Shown one piece after another: positions 9,669 to 19,098 of a stretch of 64,000 bases of DNA. How positions within the stretch are numbered: position 1 is the stretch's first letter; every line of letters begins with the position of its first letter. The translations under genes and the position numbers were made by a program. This stretch comes from Chryseobacterium sp. (lineage in GTDB: Bacteria; Bacteroidota; Bacteroidia; Flavobacteriales; Weeksellaceae). The stretch is from NCBI RefSeq assembly GCF_031277615.1, contig NZ_JAITMC010000038.1; one strand, written 5' to 3'. The notes beneath the pieces were generated by a model that did not search any database, had not been told where the DNA came from, and saw nothing but the letters and a program-made list of their open reading frames with translations.

Positions 9669-10757
9669 TCAGTCTTCCGTTACCACTTCATCACGGTTTC
9701 CGTCTTCTTCTTTTCCTTCCTGTATCATTTCTTCAGCTTCCGCTTTTTCTTCGGAAGTAGCTTCTTCTACAAGCTCTTCCTGTTCATCATTATGATGGTC
9801 GATAAAGAATTCACAGTAAACCGGAAGATGGTCTGAACCGAAATTTTCCAGCGTTTTCAGTTCTTTAATAAAAATATCGTCACTGTGAAACATCAGGTCT
9901 ATCGGAAATCTCAGCAGGCGGTACTTGGCATGGAATGTAGAGACAAATGAATGTCCGATTCTGGGATCGATCAGGCCGCTTGTTTTTCTGAACAGGATGG
10001 AAGACCTGGACCAGGCTACATTATTAAAATCTCCCACAACAATAACAGGCTGATGAAGGTCTTTTACCCGCTTTGCCGTACTGAGAAGATCGCCGTCCCT
10101 TTCTTTTGAGGTTTCCTCTTCCGTAGGACTTGGCGGCGGCGGATGAACTCCGAAAAATACAAACCGGAATCCGTCTTTTGTCTTTAAATGGGTTTCAATA
10201 CTCGGAATATCGTCCGCAACAAAATAATGGGTCTGTGCATTTTCAATCTCCATTTTAGAATAGAAATGCATTCCGTAGGTGTTTTCAAGGGTCACTTTAT
10301 GCTGATACGGATACGCTTTTTCAAGACCTCGCATTGCTTTTTCCCAGTCACCGTTGCTTTCCATTGTAAGGAAAACATCGGGTTGGTACTTTTCAATAAA
10401 CCTGATGAAGCGGTCATAGTCTTTGTTGAATTGGTATACATTTGCAGAAACAAAATGAATTTTCTCAGAAGAACGGTTACGCTGTCTGTGCTTTTTTACC
10501 GGATAAAGCGGTGTATACTTGACAAGAGTAACCCCGTGATGAACAAACATCAGCAACAGAAGCCCCTGAGAATATAAAAAATACTGCGGTTTTTCCAGTC
10601 CGAAACCTAAGATAAACGTAATAACAACAATATAAGTGATCTGGATCTTGCCAAATTCCGGCACTCTGAATATCCAGTGCGAATTCTGAATTTTAGGAAA
10701 TACCGTCAGCAGTACCAGCAACACGATTAAAAATAAATAAATAAATAAATACCCCAC
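9669..10757 (-). CDS. Endonuclease/exonuclease/phosphatase (EEP) family protein with N-terminal TM segments
   Basis: SANVYQFN, PDVFLTME, GVHPPPP, VGDFN, GSDHLPV; acidic C-terminal tail. Confidence 0.9.
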   Translation of the reverse strand: MGYLFIYLFLIVLLVLLTVFPKIQNSHWIFRVPEFGKIQITYIVVITFILGFGLEKPQYFLYSQGLLLLMFVHHGVTLVKYTPLYPVKKHRQRNRSSEKIHFVSANVYQFNKDYDRFIRFIEKYQPDVFLTMESNGDWEKAMRGLEKAYPYQHKVTLENTYGMHFYSKMEIENAQTHYFVADDIPSIETHLKTKDGFRFVFFGVHPPPPSPTEEETSKERDGDLLSTAKRVKDLHQPVIVVGDFNNVAWSRSSILFRKTSGLIDPRIGHSFVSTFHAKYRLLRFPIDLMFHSDDIFIKELKTLENFGSDHLPVYCEFFIDHHNDEQEELVEEATSEEKAEAEEMIQEGKEEDGNRDEVVTED

Positions 10758-10884
10758 ATATCAATAAATAACAGATAAAAATAAATTATTTCTCAATATA
10801 TCCGGCCTCTTTATCTTTTAAACTTTGTTAATTTTAAAGTTTTCCAATATTTTTTTTACTTTTATCGGATCAGATTAAACCGTT

Positions 10885-11331
10885 ATGAACAAACTGGCCG
10901 CCGCAGCATTAATATTGAACACATTCTGTTTTGCCCAGAATCAGAATCAGGACATAGAAAAACCGATCCGGAACTTATTTCTGGGCATGAAAAATGCAGA
11001 TGCAGACATGATAAAATCAGCTTTTACCGAAACAGCAGTTCTTCAGACCATCACCAGAGACGGAACCGTAAAAACTGAAGAAATCAAAGATTTTATTTCA
11101 TCCGTTGTCAGTATTCCTAAGGGAAGCATCGATGAAAGGATTGAGATTGAAGCCATTCATTCAGATGGGATACTGGCCAGCGTATTTACTCCGTATTCCT
11201 TTTATTACAGGGAAAAATTTACCCATTGCGGAACCAACAGTTTCCAGCTTGTAAAGCAGAAGGATAATACCTGGAAAATTCAATACCTTATTGATACAAG
11301 AAGAAAAGATAACTGCAAGGAAGCAAAATAA
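10885..11331 (+). CDS. Secreted NTF2-like (SnoaL / lumazine-binding-like) protein
   Basis: Signal peptide; ASVFTPYSFY...HCGTNSFQLVK...WKI pattern. Confidence 0.75.
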   Translation: MNKLAAAALILNTFCFAQNQNQDIEKPIRNLFLGMKNADADMIKSAFTETAVLQTITRDGTVKTEEIKDFISSVVSIPKGSIDERIEIEAIHSDGILASVFTPYSFYYREKFTHCGTNSFQLVKQKDNTWKIQYLIDTRRKDNCKEAK

Positions 11332-12254
11332 TGAGAAATAAAAACCTGATCTTCAATTATATTTTTTTAACCAGTCTTGTTATTCTGTTTTTAAATGATC
11401 ATTTCTTTAAATATGAGTTTACCAGCTGGCTGACCGGAAAGCTGTCGGATATTGTGGGAATTATCCTGCTACCGATGTTGCTCACCTATTTATTTCCAAA
11501 GCTGAAACAGCATTCGGTCTATCCCGCCGGGCTTTTATTTGCTTTCTGGAAATCTCCTTTCTCGGAAAGTTTTATCAAACTGTACAATACTTTTTCTTTC
11601 ATTCCGTTACACAGAGTTGTGGATTATACGGACCTTATGGTGCTGATACTGCTTCCTGTGCCTTATGTACTGATGAAGAACAGCGCTCTTATTGATCGTT
11701 TCAGTTTAAAAAAACTGAATCCGTCTCTGGTATTGCTGCCAACAGCATTGATTTTAATGTCCACTTCTCCCGGAAACCGGTATTTTGATTATGTTCCTTA
11801 CACCGGGAATCTGTATTTCAATGATTATTCTTTTGAAGTAAGCCGGTCTAAAGATGAAATACTTTCTGAACTCAAAAAACGGAATATTGTTGTACAGAAA
11901 GATACCGCAAGAATTATTGCCAAACACAAAAGCATGCTTCTGAGCACCGGAAATTTTGAGCAGAAGAATCTTTATAACGACCAGAAGGTCTACCAGGTTT
12001 CGGATGATTCTTTAAAAGCTGCTATTTTCAGAATGGTCCGTTTAGGTAATGAATATAAAATAGACAGCATTCAGCTGGATGACCAGACGGTCTGGAATAT
12101 ACAGTTTGATATGCACAGGATCACAGAAAATAAAGGAACCCAGATTACCGTAAAGTCTGCAAGAATAGGAGAGACCATGAAAGCTCAGGAAGTTGACAGA
12201 AAACTCAGAAAGCTCTACGGAAAACTCCTGAAAGAAAAATTTAAAACATTCTAA
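11331..12254 (+). CDS. Hypothetical membrane protein
   Basis: 307 aa with N-terminal TM region (LNDHFFK...TGKLSD); start and stop overlap both neighbours. Confidence 0.75.
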   Translation: MRNKNLIFNYIFLTSLVILFLNDHFFKYEFTSWLTGKLSDIVGIILLPMLLTYLFPKLKQHSVYPAGLLFAFWKSPFSESFIKLYNTFSFIPLHRVVDYTDLMVLILLPVPYVLMKNSALIDRFSLKKLNPSLVLLPTALILMSTSPGNRYFDYVPYTGNLYFNDYSFEVSRSKDEILSELKKRNIVVQKDTARIIAKHKSMLLSTGNFEQKNLYNDQKVYQVSDDSLKAAIFRMVRLGNEYKIDSIQLDDQTVWNIQFDMHRITENKGTQITVKSARIGETMKAQEVDRKLRKLYGKLLKEKFKTF

Positions 12255-12637
12255 TGAAAATTAAGATTCACCATATTGCCATGATCTGTTCGGATTATGA
12301 AATTTCAAAAAAATTCTATACTGAAGTCTTAGGCTTAAACATCATCCGGGAAGTATACCGTGAAGAAAGAAAATCGTACAAGCTGGACCTTGCCATCGGA
12401 GAAGACTATGTCATTGAACTTTTTTCGTTTCCGGAGCCGCCACAAAGACCTTCCCGACCGGAAGCCTGCGGATTAAGGCATCTGGCTTTTTCTGTAGAGG
12501 ATGTAGGGCATAAAAGAGAGGAACTGGTCTCAAAAGGCCTTACCTGTGAGGAAATCCGTATTGATGAATATACCGGTAAGGAATTTTTCTTTACCCAGGA
12601 TCCTGATCAGCTGCCGCTGGAGTTCTATGAAATGTAA
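12254..12637 (+). CDS. VOC/glyoxalase-family protein (YaeR-like)
   Basis: IHHIAMICSDYEISKKFY, IELFSFP, GLRHLAF, DPDQLPLEFYE. Confidence 0.92.
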   Translation: MKIKIHHIAMICSDYEISKKFYTEVLGLNIIREVYREERKSYKLDLAIGEDYVIELFSFPEPPQRPSRPEACGLRHLAFSVEDVGHKREELVSKGLTCEEIRIDEYTGKEFFFTQDPDQLPLEFYEM

Positions 12638-12639
12638 AA

Positions 12640-13023
12640 TCAGTGCGCGTATCCGGTAAAAAAGCTTACCGCCATAATCGCTAATACAATAGAGGAAATG
12701 ACTACGTATACGTAGTCTTTTTCTTTTAAATACCCGATCAGGGCGAAGATGATCCTCATAAGAGGCGTAAAGATCAGCAGAAGGATTCCTAATTGGATAA
12801 TGGCCATTCCTTCCCCTTTGCATAAGGAATTCCAGAAATGTCCCCATACTTTTTCAGATGAGGTTCCTATTTCAAGACTGGTGTATTTTTTAGGCATTTT
12901 AAAACCTTCCAGAAACAGCTTGATGAAGCCTGCCAGTGAAGTGATCACAGACAAAATAACGCCCAGTCTCAGAAGATTTCCTACCGAACGGTTCAGATCC
13001 ACATCTGTAAAATTCTTTTTCAT
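12640..13023 (-). CDS. DUF1634-like membrane protein
   Basis: GNLLRLGVILS, AIIQLGILLLIFTPLMR; coupled downstream of a TauE gene, its usual partner. Confidence 0.8.
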   Translation of the reverse strand: MKKNFTDVDLNRSVGNLLRLGVILSVITSLAGFIKLFLEGFKMPKKYTSLEIGTSSEKVWGHFWNSLCKGEGMAIIQLGILLLIFTPLMRIIFALIGYLKEKDYVYVVISSIVLAIMAVSFFTGYAH

Positions 13024-13853
13024 TATCTGAAGCTTTTGTTGATCCCGTTATACATCATATATACTGAAAGCACCGTAATCACGATGGCAAAAAATACTTT
13101 TAATTTCTTGGTTTTGGAAACCATCAGGGTTTTTGAACCGATAAAGCTTCCCACGACCACACCAATAAGAACCGGAGCTACGATCACCGGAATGATCTCA
13201 CCTCTCTGAAAATAAATCAGGGCACTGGCTACCGCTGTTACACCAATCATAAAGTTACTGGTGGTTGTAGAAACCTTAAACGGCAGCTTCATCATATTAT
13301 CCATCGCCAGAACCTTCAGAGCCCCAGAACCAATACCTAAAAGACCGGACATGGCCCCTGCAAACATCATCATCAGAAATCCGGGAACGGTATTTCTTGC
13401 CGAATAGCTTTTCAGAACTCCTTTGTCAGGAAAAGTTCCGTACAGTTTCAGCTTGTCTTCAAGACTTCCTTTGATCAGAGGTTCCTGGTGATCCGGCTTT
13501 CCCTTTAGATTTAAAATAACCGTTAAAAGAAGAATGCTGGCAAAGATAATCCCGATCGTATTCGGATTAAGCATCCCCGAAACCAGGGCTCCCATAATGG
13601 CTCCTGCCGTGGTGGCAATCTCCAGAAACATTCCGATCCTCATATTGGTAAAACCTTCTTTCACGAAGGCTACCGCAGCACCGGACGAAGTTCCGATCAC
13701 GGAAATTAAAGAAGCGCCGATGGCATAGTGCATAGGAACGCCGAAACCCAGCGTCAATAAAGGGATGATGATAACTCCTCCTCCTAAACCGGTAAGCGAA
13801 CCCAAAAGCCCCGCCGAAACAGCCCCGAGGAAGAGAATGATGATTTCTGACAT
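13023..13853 (-). CDS. Sulfite exporter TauE/SafE family protein
   Basis: GSLTGLGGGVIIIP, SGLLGIGSG, STTTSNFMIGVTA. Confidence 0.92.
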   Translation of the reverse strand: MSEIIILFLGAVSAGLLGSLTGLGGGVIIIPLLTLGFGVPMHYAIGASLISVIGTSSGAAVAFVKEGFTNMRIGMFLEIATTAGAIMGALVSGMLNPNTIGIIFASILLLTVILNLKGKPDHQEPLIKGSLEDKLKLYGTFPDKGVLKSYSARNTVPGFLMMMFAGAMSGLLGIGSGALKVLAMDNMMKLPFKVSTTTSNFMIGVTAVASALIYFQRGEIIPVIVAPVLIGVVVGSFIGSKTLMVSKTKKLKVFFAIVITVLSVYMMYNGINKSFR

Positions 13854-13926
13854 GTTACAAATATAAAACTATTGCCGTACTCTGCCAAACGTTTAAAAAA
13901 GATAAATTTGACGTATTTTTGTAAGC

Positions 13927-14490
13927 ATGAAAAGCGAAATGAAATTATTCTATATCATCCTGGGTGCAACACCAAAGGGCAGAAATATCGAGCAGCATGA
14001 CGTTTTCTTCGGAATTGCGGAAAATCTCAAAGATCTGGTTCCCGATATGAAGGAATTCTGGAAGGAAGCGGAAGGAAAAATCCACCTGGACTGTTATCAG
14101 GAAGTGAAATTTGCAGACGGATATGAAGTGAAAATTGTTGAAAAAGGAGAACAGACTTCAGAAGATCAGTTGTACTTTTTAAATTTAGGAGGCTACAAAA
14201 AAGGTTTTTTTGAAGAATTTCACGAGCAGCACCTGATGGTAGGTAAATCAATGGGAGAGATTGTAAAAAGGGCAAAAGCTACGGAATTTTATGCCACGAT
14301 GGGGTTTGAAGGAGCGGTAAGCCATATTGATGATAAGCATGGGGTTGATATTGATGATATTTTCAATGTGAACGATATCCTGCCTGAAAAGATGAAAGAG
14401 AAATATTCCATTATTCTGACCAGATCGGATGCCGGAAATCAGGAAAATCCAATGGGATTAGGATACCTTAAGATTGATAAAATTCAATAG
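13927..14490 (+). CDS. DUF1543-like protein
   Basis: LGATPKGRNIEQHDVFFG and a second half-repeat NLGGY...EFHEQHL. Confidence 0.8.
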   Translation: MKSEMKLFYIILGATPKGRNIEQHDVFFGIAENLKDLVPDMKEFWKEAEGKIHLDCYQEVKFADGYEVKIVEKGEQTSEDQLYFLNLGGYKKGFFEEFHEQHLMVGKSMGEIVKRAKATEFYATMGFEGAVSHIDDKHGVDIDDIFNVNDILPEKMKEKYSIILTRSDAGNQENPMGLGYLKIDKIQ

Positions 14491-14533
14491 GCCACAAAAG
14501 CCTGAACAGCTAATAGAAAAAATAAAAGTAAAA

Positions 14534-15646
14534 ATGAAAATAGGAATTTTAGGAGGCGGACAGCTGGGAAGAATGCTGATCCAGAGCGCATTGAAATACG
14601 ATGACGAATTTTATACGCTGGATCCTGCTTCCGATGCCCCATGTCACAATATCTCATATTTCACTCAGGGAAATTTCAATGATTATGAAACAGTCCTGAA
14701 TTTTGGAAAAGATAAGGACGTGGTCACCATCGAAATCGAGCACGTGAATGCCGATGCTCTTGCAGAACTTGAAAACCAGGGTATAAAAGTAGTACCGAAT
14801 GCAGCGATTATCAAAACGATCCAGCAGAAGATCCTTCAGAAAGAATTCTATAAAACCCATGATATTCCAAGTCCTGAATTTCAGGTAGTGTGGAACAGCG
14901 ATGAAAAAATCATTGTGCCTTTGCCGTTTGTTCAGAAAATGAATACCGGAGGTTATGATGGGAAAGGAGTACAGGTAATCAAAACAGAAAGCGAGCTTCA
15001 GGACCTGTGGAAAGAACCGTCCGTTATTGAAAACCTCGTAGACATCGATAAAGAGCTTTCCGTGATCGTTGCCCGAAATGAAAGCGGGGAAACCAATATT
15101 TTCCCGGTAACGGAAATGGTAGCTGATCCTAAACTTAACCTTTTGGACTTCAATGTTTGTCCGGTTCTTCTGACCGGGGATGTTCAAAACCAGATCGATG
15201 TTATTACAGAAAAATTCCTGAATGCAGTTAACTCACCGGGACTTTTTGCCATTGAGCTATTCCTGGATAAAGAAGGGAAAGTCTGGGTGAATGAAACAGC
15301 TCCAAGACTGCATAATTCCGGCCACCAGAGCCAGGAAGGAAACACCAACTCCCAGTTCGAACAGATGTACAGGGTCGTGAAAAACCTGCCTTTAGCTGAT
15401 ACCGATGCCATTACCTACAGCGGAATGCTGAATCTGGTAGGAGCGGAAGGATATGCCGGAAAAGTAGTATATCAAGGTATGGAAGACGTCCTCAGATTAC
15501 CTGAAACCTATGTACATCTCTATGGAAAAACAGAAACCAAGCCAGGCCGGAAGATGGGGCACATCAACGTTCTGGCAGATTCAAGAGAAGAACTGATGGA
15601 AAAGCTGGTGCAGGTAAAAGGAATGGTGAAAGTGATTGCTGAATAA
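14534..15646 (+). CDS. purK: N5-carboxyaminoimidazole ribonucleotide synthase; probable start ATG 14534 (ORF track starts at 14474)
   Basis: GILGGGQLGRM, GGYDGKG, NETAPRLHNSGH, LYGK...GRKMGH. Confidence 0.96.
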   Translation: MKIGILGGGQLGRMLIQSALKYDDEFYTLDPASDAPCHNISYFTQGNFNDYETVLNFGKDKDVVTIEIEHVNADALAELENQGIKVVPNAAIIKTIQQKILQKEFYKTHDIPSPEFQVVWNSDEKIIVPLPFVQKMNTGGYDGKGVQVIKTESELQDLWKEPSVIENLVDIDKELSVIVARNESGETNIFPVTEMVADPKLNLLDFNVCPVLLTGDVQNQIDVITEKFLNAVNSPGLFAIELFLDKEGKVWVNETAPRLHNSGHQSQEGNTNSQFEQMYRVVKNLPLADTDAITYSGMLNLVGAEGYAGKVVYQGMEDVLRLPETYVHLYGKTETKPGRKMGHINVLADSREELMEKLVQVKGMVKVIAE

Positions 15647-15780
15647 AAGATAGGCTGGATGATGGGTGATGGAGGCTTGCAATTATTTTTAATGATCATT
15701 AAAAGGGTCACTATAAAATGGAATGAAGAATAAAAAAGTTATTCTTTTATAAGCTTCATCAAATTCCATTTCCCATCGTC

Positions 15781-16143
15781 CTATTTTTTAAAAACTTTAG
15801 GAAAGTCAATGCTCCAGGCCTTTTCATTGGAATTCCAGATCAGATAAGGACCATCAAAACCATCCGGATAAGATATTTCATATGAGCCGGCACCATCCGT
15901 ACTATAATCCGGCTGGGTTTCCATATCACCGGATTTGAATCCTAATTTTTCCAACGTTTTCCAGTCAGTGTTTTCCGGTAGCTTATGATGAATTTTCCTG
16001 TAATCTTCAATATTTTTGATCAGGGTGTTTCCATATTCAATATCAGAATGTCTGGTGACGGATATCGGCAGGTTCCAGTAGATGGTAAAGGAAATCACGA
16101 TCAGTACAACGATAGAGATAAAAATAAGTGCGGTCTTCTTCAT
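15781..16143 (-). CDS. Hypothetical exported or membrane-anchored protein
   Basis: 120 aa with N-terminal hydrophobic segment; family not recognised. Confidence 0.7.
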   Translation of the reverse strand: MKKTALIFISIVVLIVISFTIYWNLPISVTRHSDIEYGNTLIKNIEDYRKIHHKLPENTDWKTLEKLGFKSGDMETQPDYSTDGAGSYEISYPDGFDGPYLIWNSNEKAWSIDFPKVFKK

Positions 16144-16194
16144 TGAATCTTATATGAACAGTTTGGATAAATATAATTCATTTTAAAGATGAAA

Positions 16195-17007
16195 TTAAGG
16201 TTTCTTCGTTTTCTCCAGAGAATCTTTCTTATAATTATAGGTCATGTAGGTACCAAGGGCAGGTGAGTATACTGAAAACTCTTCCATTTTTGTAAGCGGA
16301 GCATACAGCTTAAAGGTACAGATATCGGTAGCCGAAATAAACGGACTGGTCCTTAAATGACTGTGGGTAGCCTTGGTGATCGTTGCTCCGTTTTCCATTT
16401 GAGTAAAAGCAGGAATCAGTCTTGAATGAAATTTCTGGTGAGAAAGAATGGCCCCTTTCTTATCGGTAATGAACAAATAATCATTGCCAAACGGAATAAG
16501 CCCGTTCTGTGAGGTTCCGGGAATTAAATACACCTTATAGTTTTCATTCATCGGAAGAATAATGACATTGAGGGTAAAACCTTCGGGAGCCCCTACTTCA
16601 TATCTGGGATCGGAGAGTTGTGGAATAATCGTATTTCTGACGTTATTGATTCCTGATTCCGTTACATTAAGCTTCCTCTCCCTGAAGCTTTCTTTTACAG
16701 GTGTTTTCTGGTTATTTTTAAAAGAATACTCAGCCAGAACCAGACTTTGATCTCTGTTCAGAAACACTGTTTTTATAGTATCATGGGCTTTATAGGTGAG
16801 ATAAGTTCCTACAGAGCCGGCAACAGATTTGTTCTGGCCGATGAGATCCCCGGAATGCCATGAAGCATTTTCATGAGCAAACAATAAGTTCCCTTCCGCT
16901 TTGATGGAATCGAGCTTCTGCTTCAGCTCCTGATCTGAATGTTTTTTCTCCTGTGCGGAAATAAGCATCGACATGAGGATAAGAAGAATTCCTGTTAACT
17001 GTTTCAT
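16195..17007 (-). CDS. Hypothetical secreted protein
   Basis: 270 aa with signal peptide; family not recognised. Confidence 0.75.
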   Translation of the reverse strand: MKQLTGILLILMSMLISAQEKKHSDQELKQKLDSIKAEGNLLFAHENASWHSGDLIGQNKSVAGSVGTYLTYKAHDTIKTVFLNRDQSLVLAEYSFKNNQKTPVKESFRERKLNVTESGINNVRNTIIPQLSDPRYEVGAPEGFTLNVIILPMNENYKVYLIPGTSQNGLIPFGNDYLFITDKKGAILSHQKFHSRLIPAFTQMENGATITKATHSHLRTSPFISATDICTFKLYAPLTKMEEFSVYSPALGTYMTYNYKKDSLEKTKKP

Positions 17008-17146
17008 AGATTATTTTTCTGTGGACTAAAATACAAAAATTGATGGTATAAGACAGATGATGCTTTAAAGCTGTAGAGCTGTATTTTGGATGAATAATTT
17101 GAACATTAAGGGCTGTAAAGGAGTAAGGTTGTTGTGGGTAAATAAT

Positions 17147-17573
17147 TTTCCCACAGATCCCACAAATTTCACAGATCTTGTGGATATTTTTCTCACGCGG
17201 ATTCCGCAGATTGGGCAGATTTAATTCATCAATAAAAATCTTTGATTTTTAAGAACTTTCGTGAACTTCTATGCGTAATAAATTAAACTTAAATTTTACT
17301 TAAGTGTTAAAAATTTTTGTGGCTTTTGACTCAGTCGAACCTTCGGTTTGTGGTTGAAAAGAGTTTCCCACAGATTCCGCAGATTTCACAGATCTTGTGG
17401 ATATTTTTCTCACGCGGATTCCGCAGATTGGGCAGATTTAATTCATCAATAAAATCTTTGATTTTTAAGACTTTCGTGAACTTCTATACGCAATGCATTT
17501 AACTTAAAATTACTCAATTGTCAAAAATCTTTGTACCTTTTGACTCAGTCGAACCTTCGGTTTGTGGTTGAAA
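17147..17573 (+). repeat. Two tandem family-A units (217-bp period)
   Basis: TTTCCCACAGAT at 17147 and 17364. Both units end TTTTGACTCAGTCGAACCTTCGGTTTGTGGTTGAAAA, the near-exact reverse complement of the segment around 5550-5585. Confidence 0.9.
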
Positions 17574-17626
17574 AAAATTCTTACAGAATACACTGATAAA
17601 TAATTTTATTAAAAGAACGCTTCATC

Positions 17627-17676
17627 GAATCAACAAAGTTGATTCTACTCTTTGCCTCCTGAAATCAACGATATCA
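17627..17676. repeat. Family-B ~50-bp repeat, copy 1
   Basis: GAATCAAC-AAA-GTTGATTC palindrome plus tail; about 7 mismatches over 50 nt to 27225-27274. Confidence 0.7.
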
Positions 17677-17725
17677 AAAATCGAACTTTGCGTTCCAAAA
17701 AATATTTTCTATTAGAAGCTTAGTC

Positions 17726-18358
17726 TTATTTAATCTCTTTTTCATCTGCTTTTTCAAAAATCTTCTTCCGTTCATTCCAGACAAAAGCATTATAATAGAC
17801 GTTTTCCGCTTCAGGGGTTTCACGGTATATGCTGGCAATGAAGAGTCTGCTGTCTGTGTCAAAAATAGCTCTGTCATCAGTAAAGAGACATGAAGTTTCT
17901 TCTCCCAGCGGAAGGCCGTAAATTTTTCCGTCACGCACATCCATCATCATTCCCATGATACAGCTTGTTCCGCAACCGAAAATAACCGTGATATAATAGC
18001 TGGCAAAATCGGGTGTTCCGGATTCATAAGCCTGCCTGATCCTTGTTCTGAAGTTGTATAAGCCTTCATCATCAGAAAAATCCAGTTTTGCTTTTTTGGT
18101 GAATTGGTATGGAGTTGAAGAAAATTTATCGAAATTGAAACTAACAACAGCCGTATCAGATTCTATTTTCGATTCCTGAAACGACTTACTTTCAATTTTA
18201 TTAATATTAACCGTATCCGGAATTTTTGCGGGTTGTTCCGTCGCTAAAGTATCCGTTGTGGAAGATTGTGGAACCTCATTTTTAAGAACTTCTTTTTTCT
18301 CTTTACACGAAAATAAAATAAGAGCAAACAAGGGAACTGATAATGTATTGATTTTCAT
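17726..18358 (-). CDS. Hypothetical lipoprotein
   Basis: Lipobox LFSC; FRTRIRQAY...DFASYYITVIFGCGTSC motif. Confidence 0.8.
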   Translation of the reverse strand: MKINTLSVPLFALILFSCKEKKEVLKNEVPQSSTTDTLATEQPAKIPDTVNINKIESKSFQESKIESDTAVVSFNFDKFSSTPYQFTKKAKLDFSDDEGLYNFRTRIRQAYESGTPDFASYYITVIFGCGTSCIMGMMMDVRDGKIYGLPLGEETSCLFTDDRAIFDTDSRLFIASIYRETPEAENVYYNAFVWNERKKIFEKADEKEIK

Positions 18359-18369
18359 GGTTTTTGTTT

Positions 18370-19080
18370 TTAGAACGGCATAATTACTGTTTTTCCTTTA
18401 TATTTCCCTTTTTCGATCCTGAAAAGGACCGCATACCCTCCGGCTCCATCCGAATTGATCATGCTGATATAGAGCGTTTCGTTTTCAGAATCAAAATAGC
18501 ATTTAGTGAACTCGGTATTAACGTTGAAGAGATTTTCTGTTTCTGCTGTAGGGATTTCAACGGTATTATTCCCAATTTTAATTGTAATCGATTTATAATG
18601 AGTTTGCGGAATAGTTCCGTCAATGCCCCAGGCCTGTTTTCCTTTATACAGATCTTTTATCTGAATTTCCCGGCTGCTTGAAGAAAAATATTTTTTATTT
18701 TCTTTATAAGGAAAAGGCTCTGCAATGATCTCCACTTTTATATTCTTTGATGAAAAAACAGCTTTGTTTTCATTGATGGAAACCGAAGGTACAGGCCGAT
18801 AAGATTCGATATACCGGACTCTTGACTGATGGATATAACCTGAAAGGAGATCGCCGTTTTTAGCCGGATAATCTGTCATCAGCCAGTTTTTACTGCTGTC
18901 GTCACGGTCGTAGACATAAATAATCTCATCTGAACTGACTTTTCCGGCAATATCGCCATTGGCATCAGCACTTTTTCTGATATTAACATAGCCGTCTTTG
19001 TCCACAACTTTGGCAAACTGGGCAAGAGACCACTGGAAGCATAAAACGGCTGCCAGAAATAGTGTTTTATTGGTTTTCAA
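18370..19080 (-). CDS. Secreted protein with N-terminal SH3b-like domain
   Basis: Signal peptide, then DKDGYVNIRKSAD...W...GYIHQSRV. Confidence 0.75.
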   Translation of the reverse strand: MKTNKTLFLAAVLCFQWSLAQFAKVVDKDGYVNIRKSADANGDIAGKVSSDEIIYVYDRDDSSKNWLMTDYPAKNGDLLSGYIHQSRVRYIESYRPVPSVSINENKAVFSSKNIKVEIIAEPFPYKENKKYFSSSSREIQIKDLYKGKQAWGIDGTIPQTHYKSITIKIGNNTVEIPTAETENLFNVNTEFTKCYFDSENETLYISMINSDGAGGYAVLFRIEKGKYKGKTVIMPF

Positions 19081-19098
19081 TGAATATGTTTGAAGTTA

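Noticed and set aside
14474-14533. N-terminal extensions in the ORF track for purK, ahcY, the HutZ-like gene, the PPTase, gldJ and lptC
   Set aside because: The extensions overlap upstream genes or promoter elements; family-typical N-termini begin at the downstream starts given in the features
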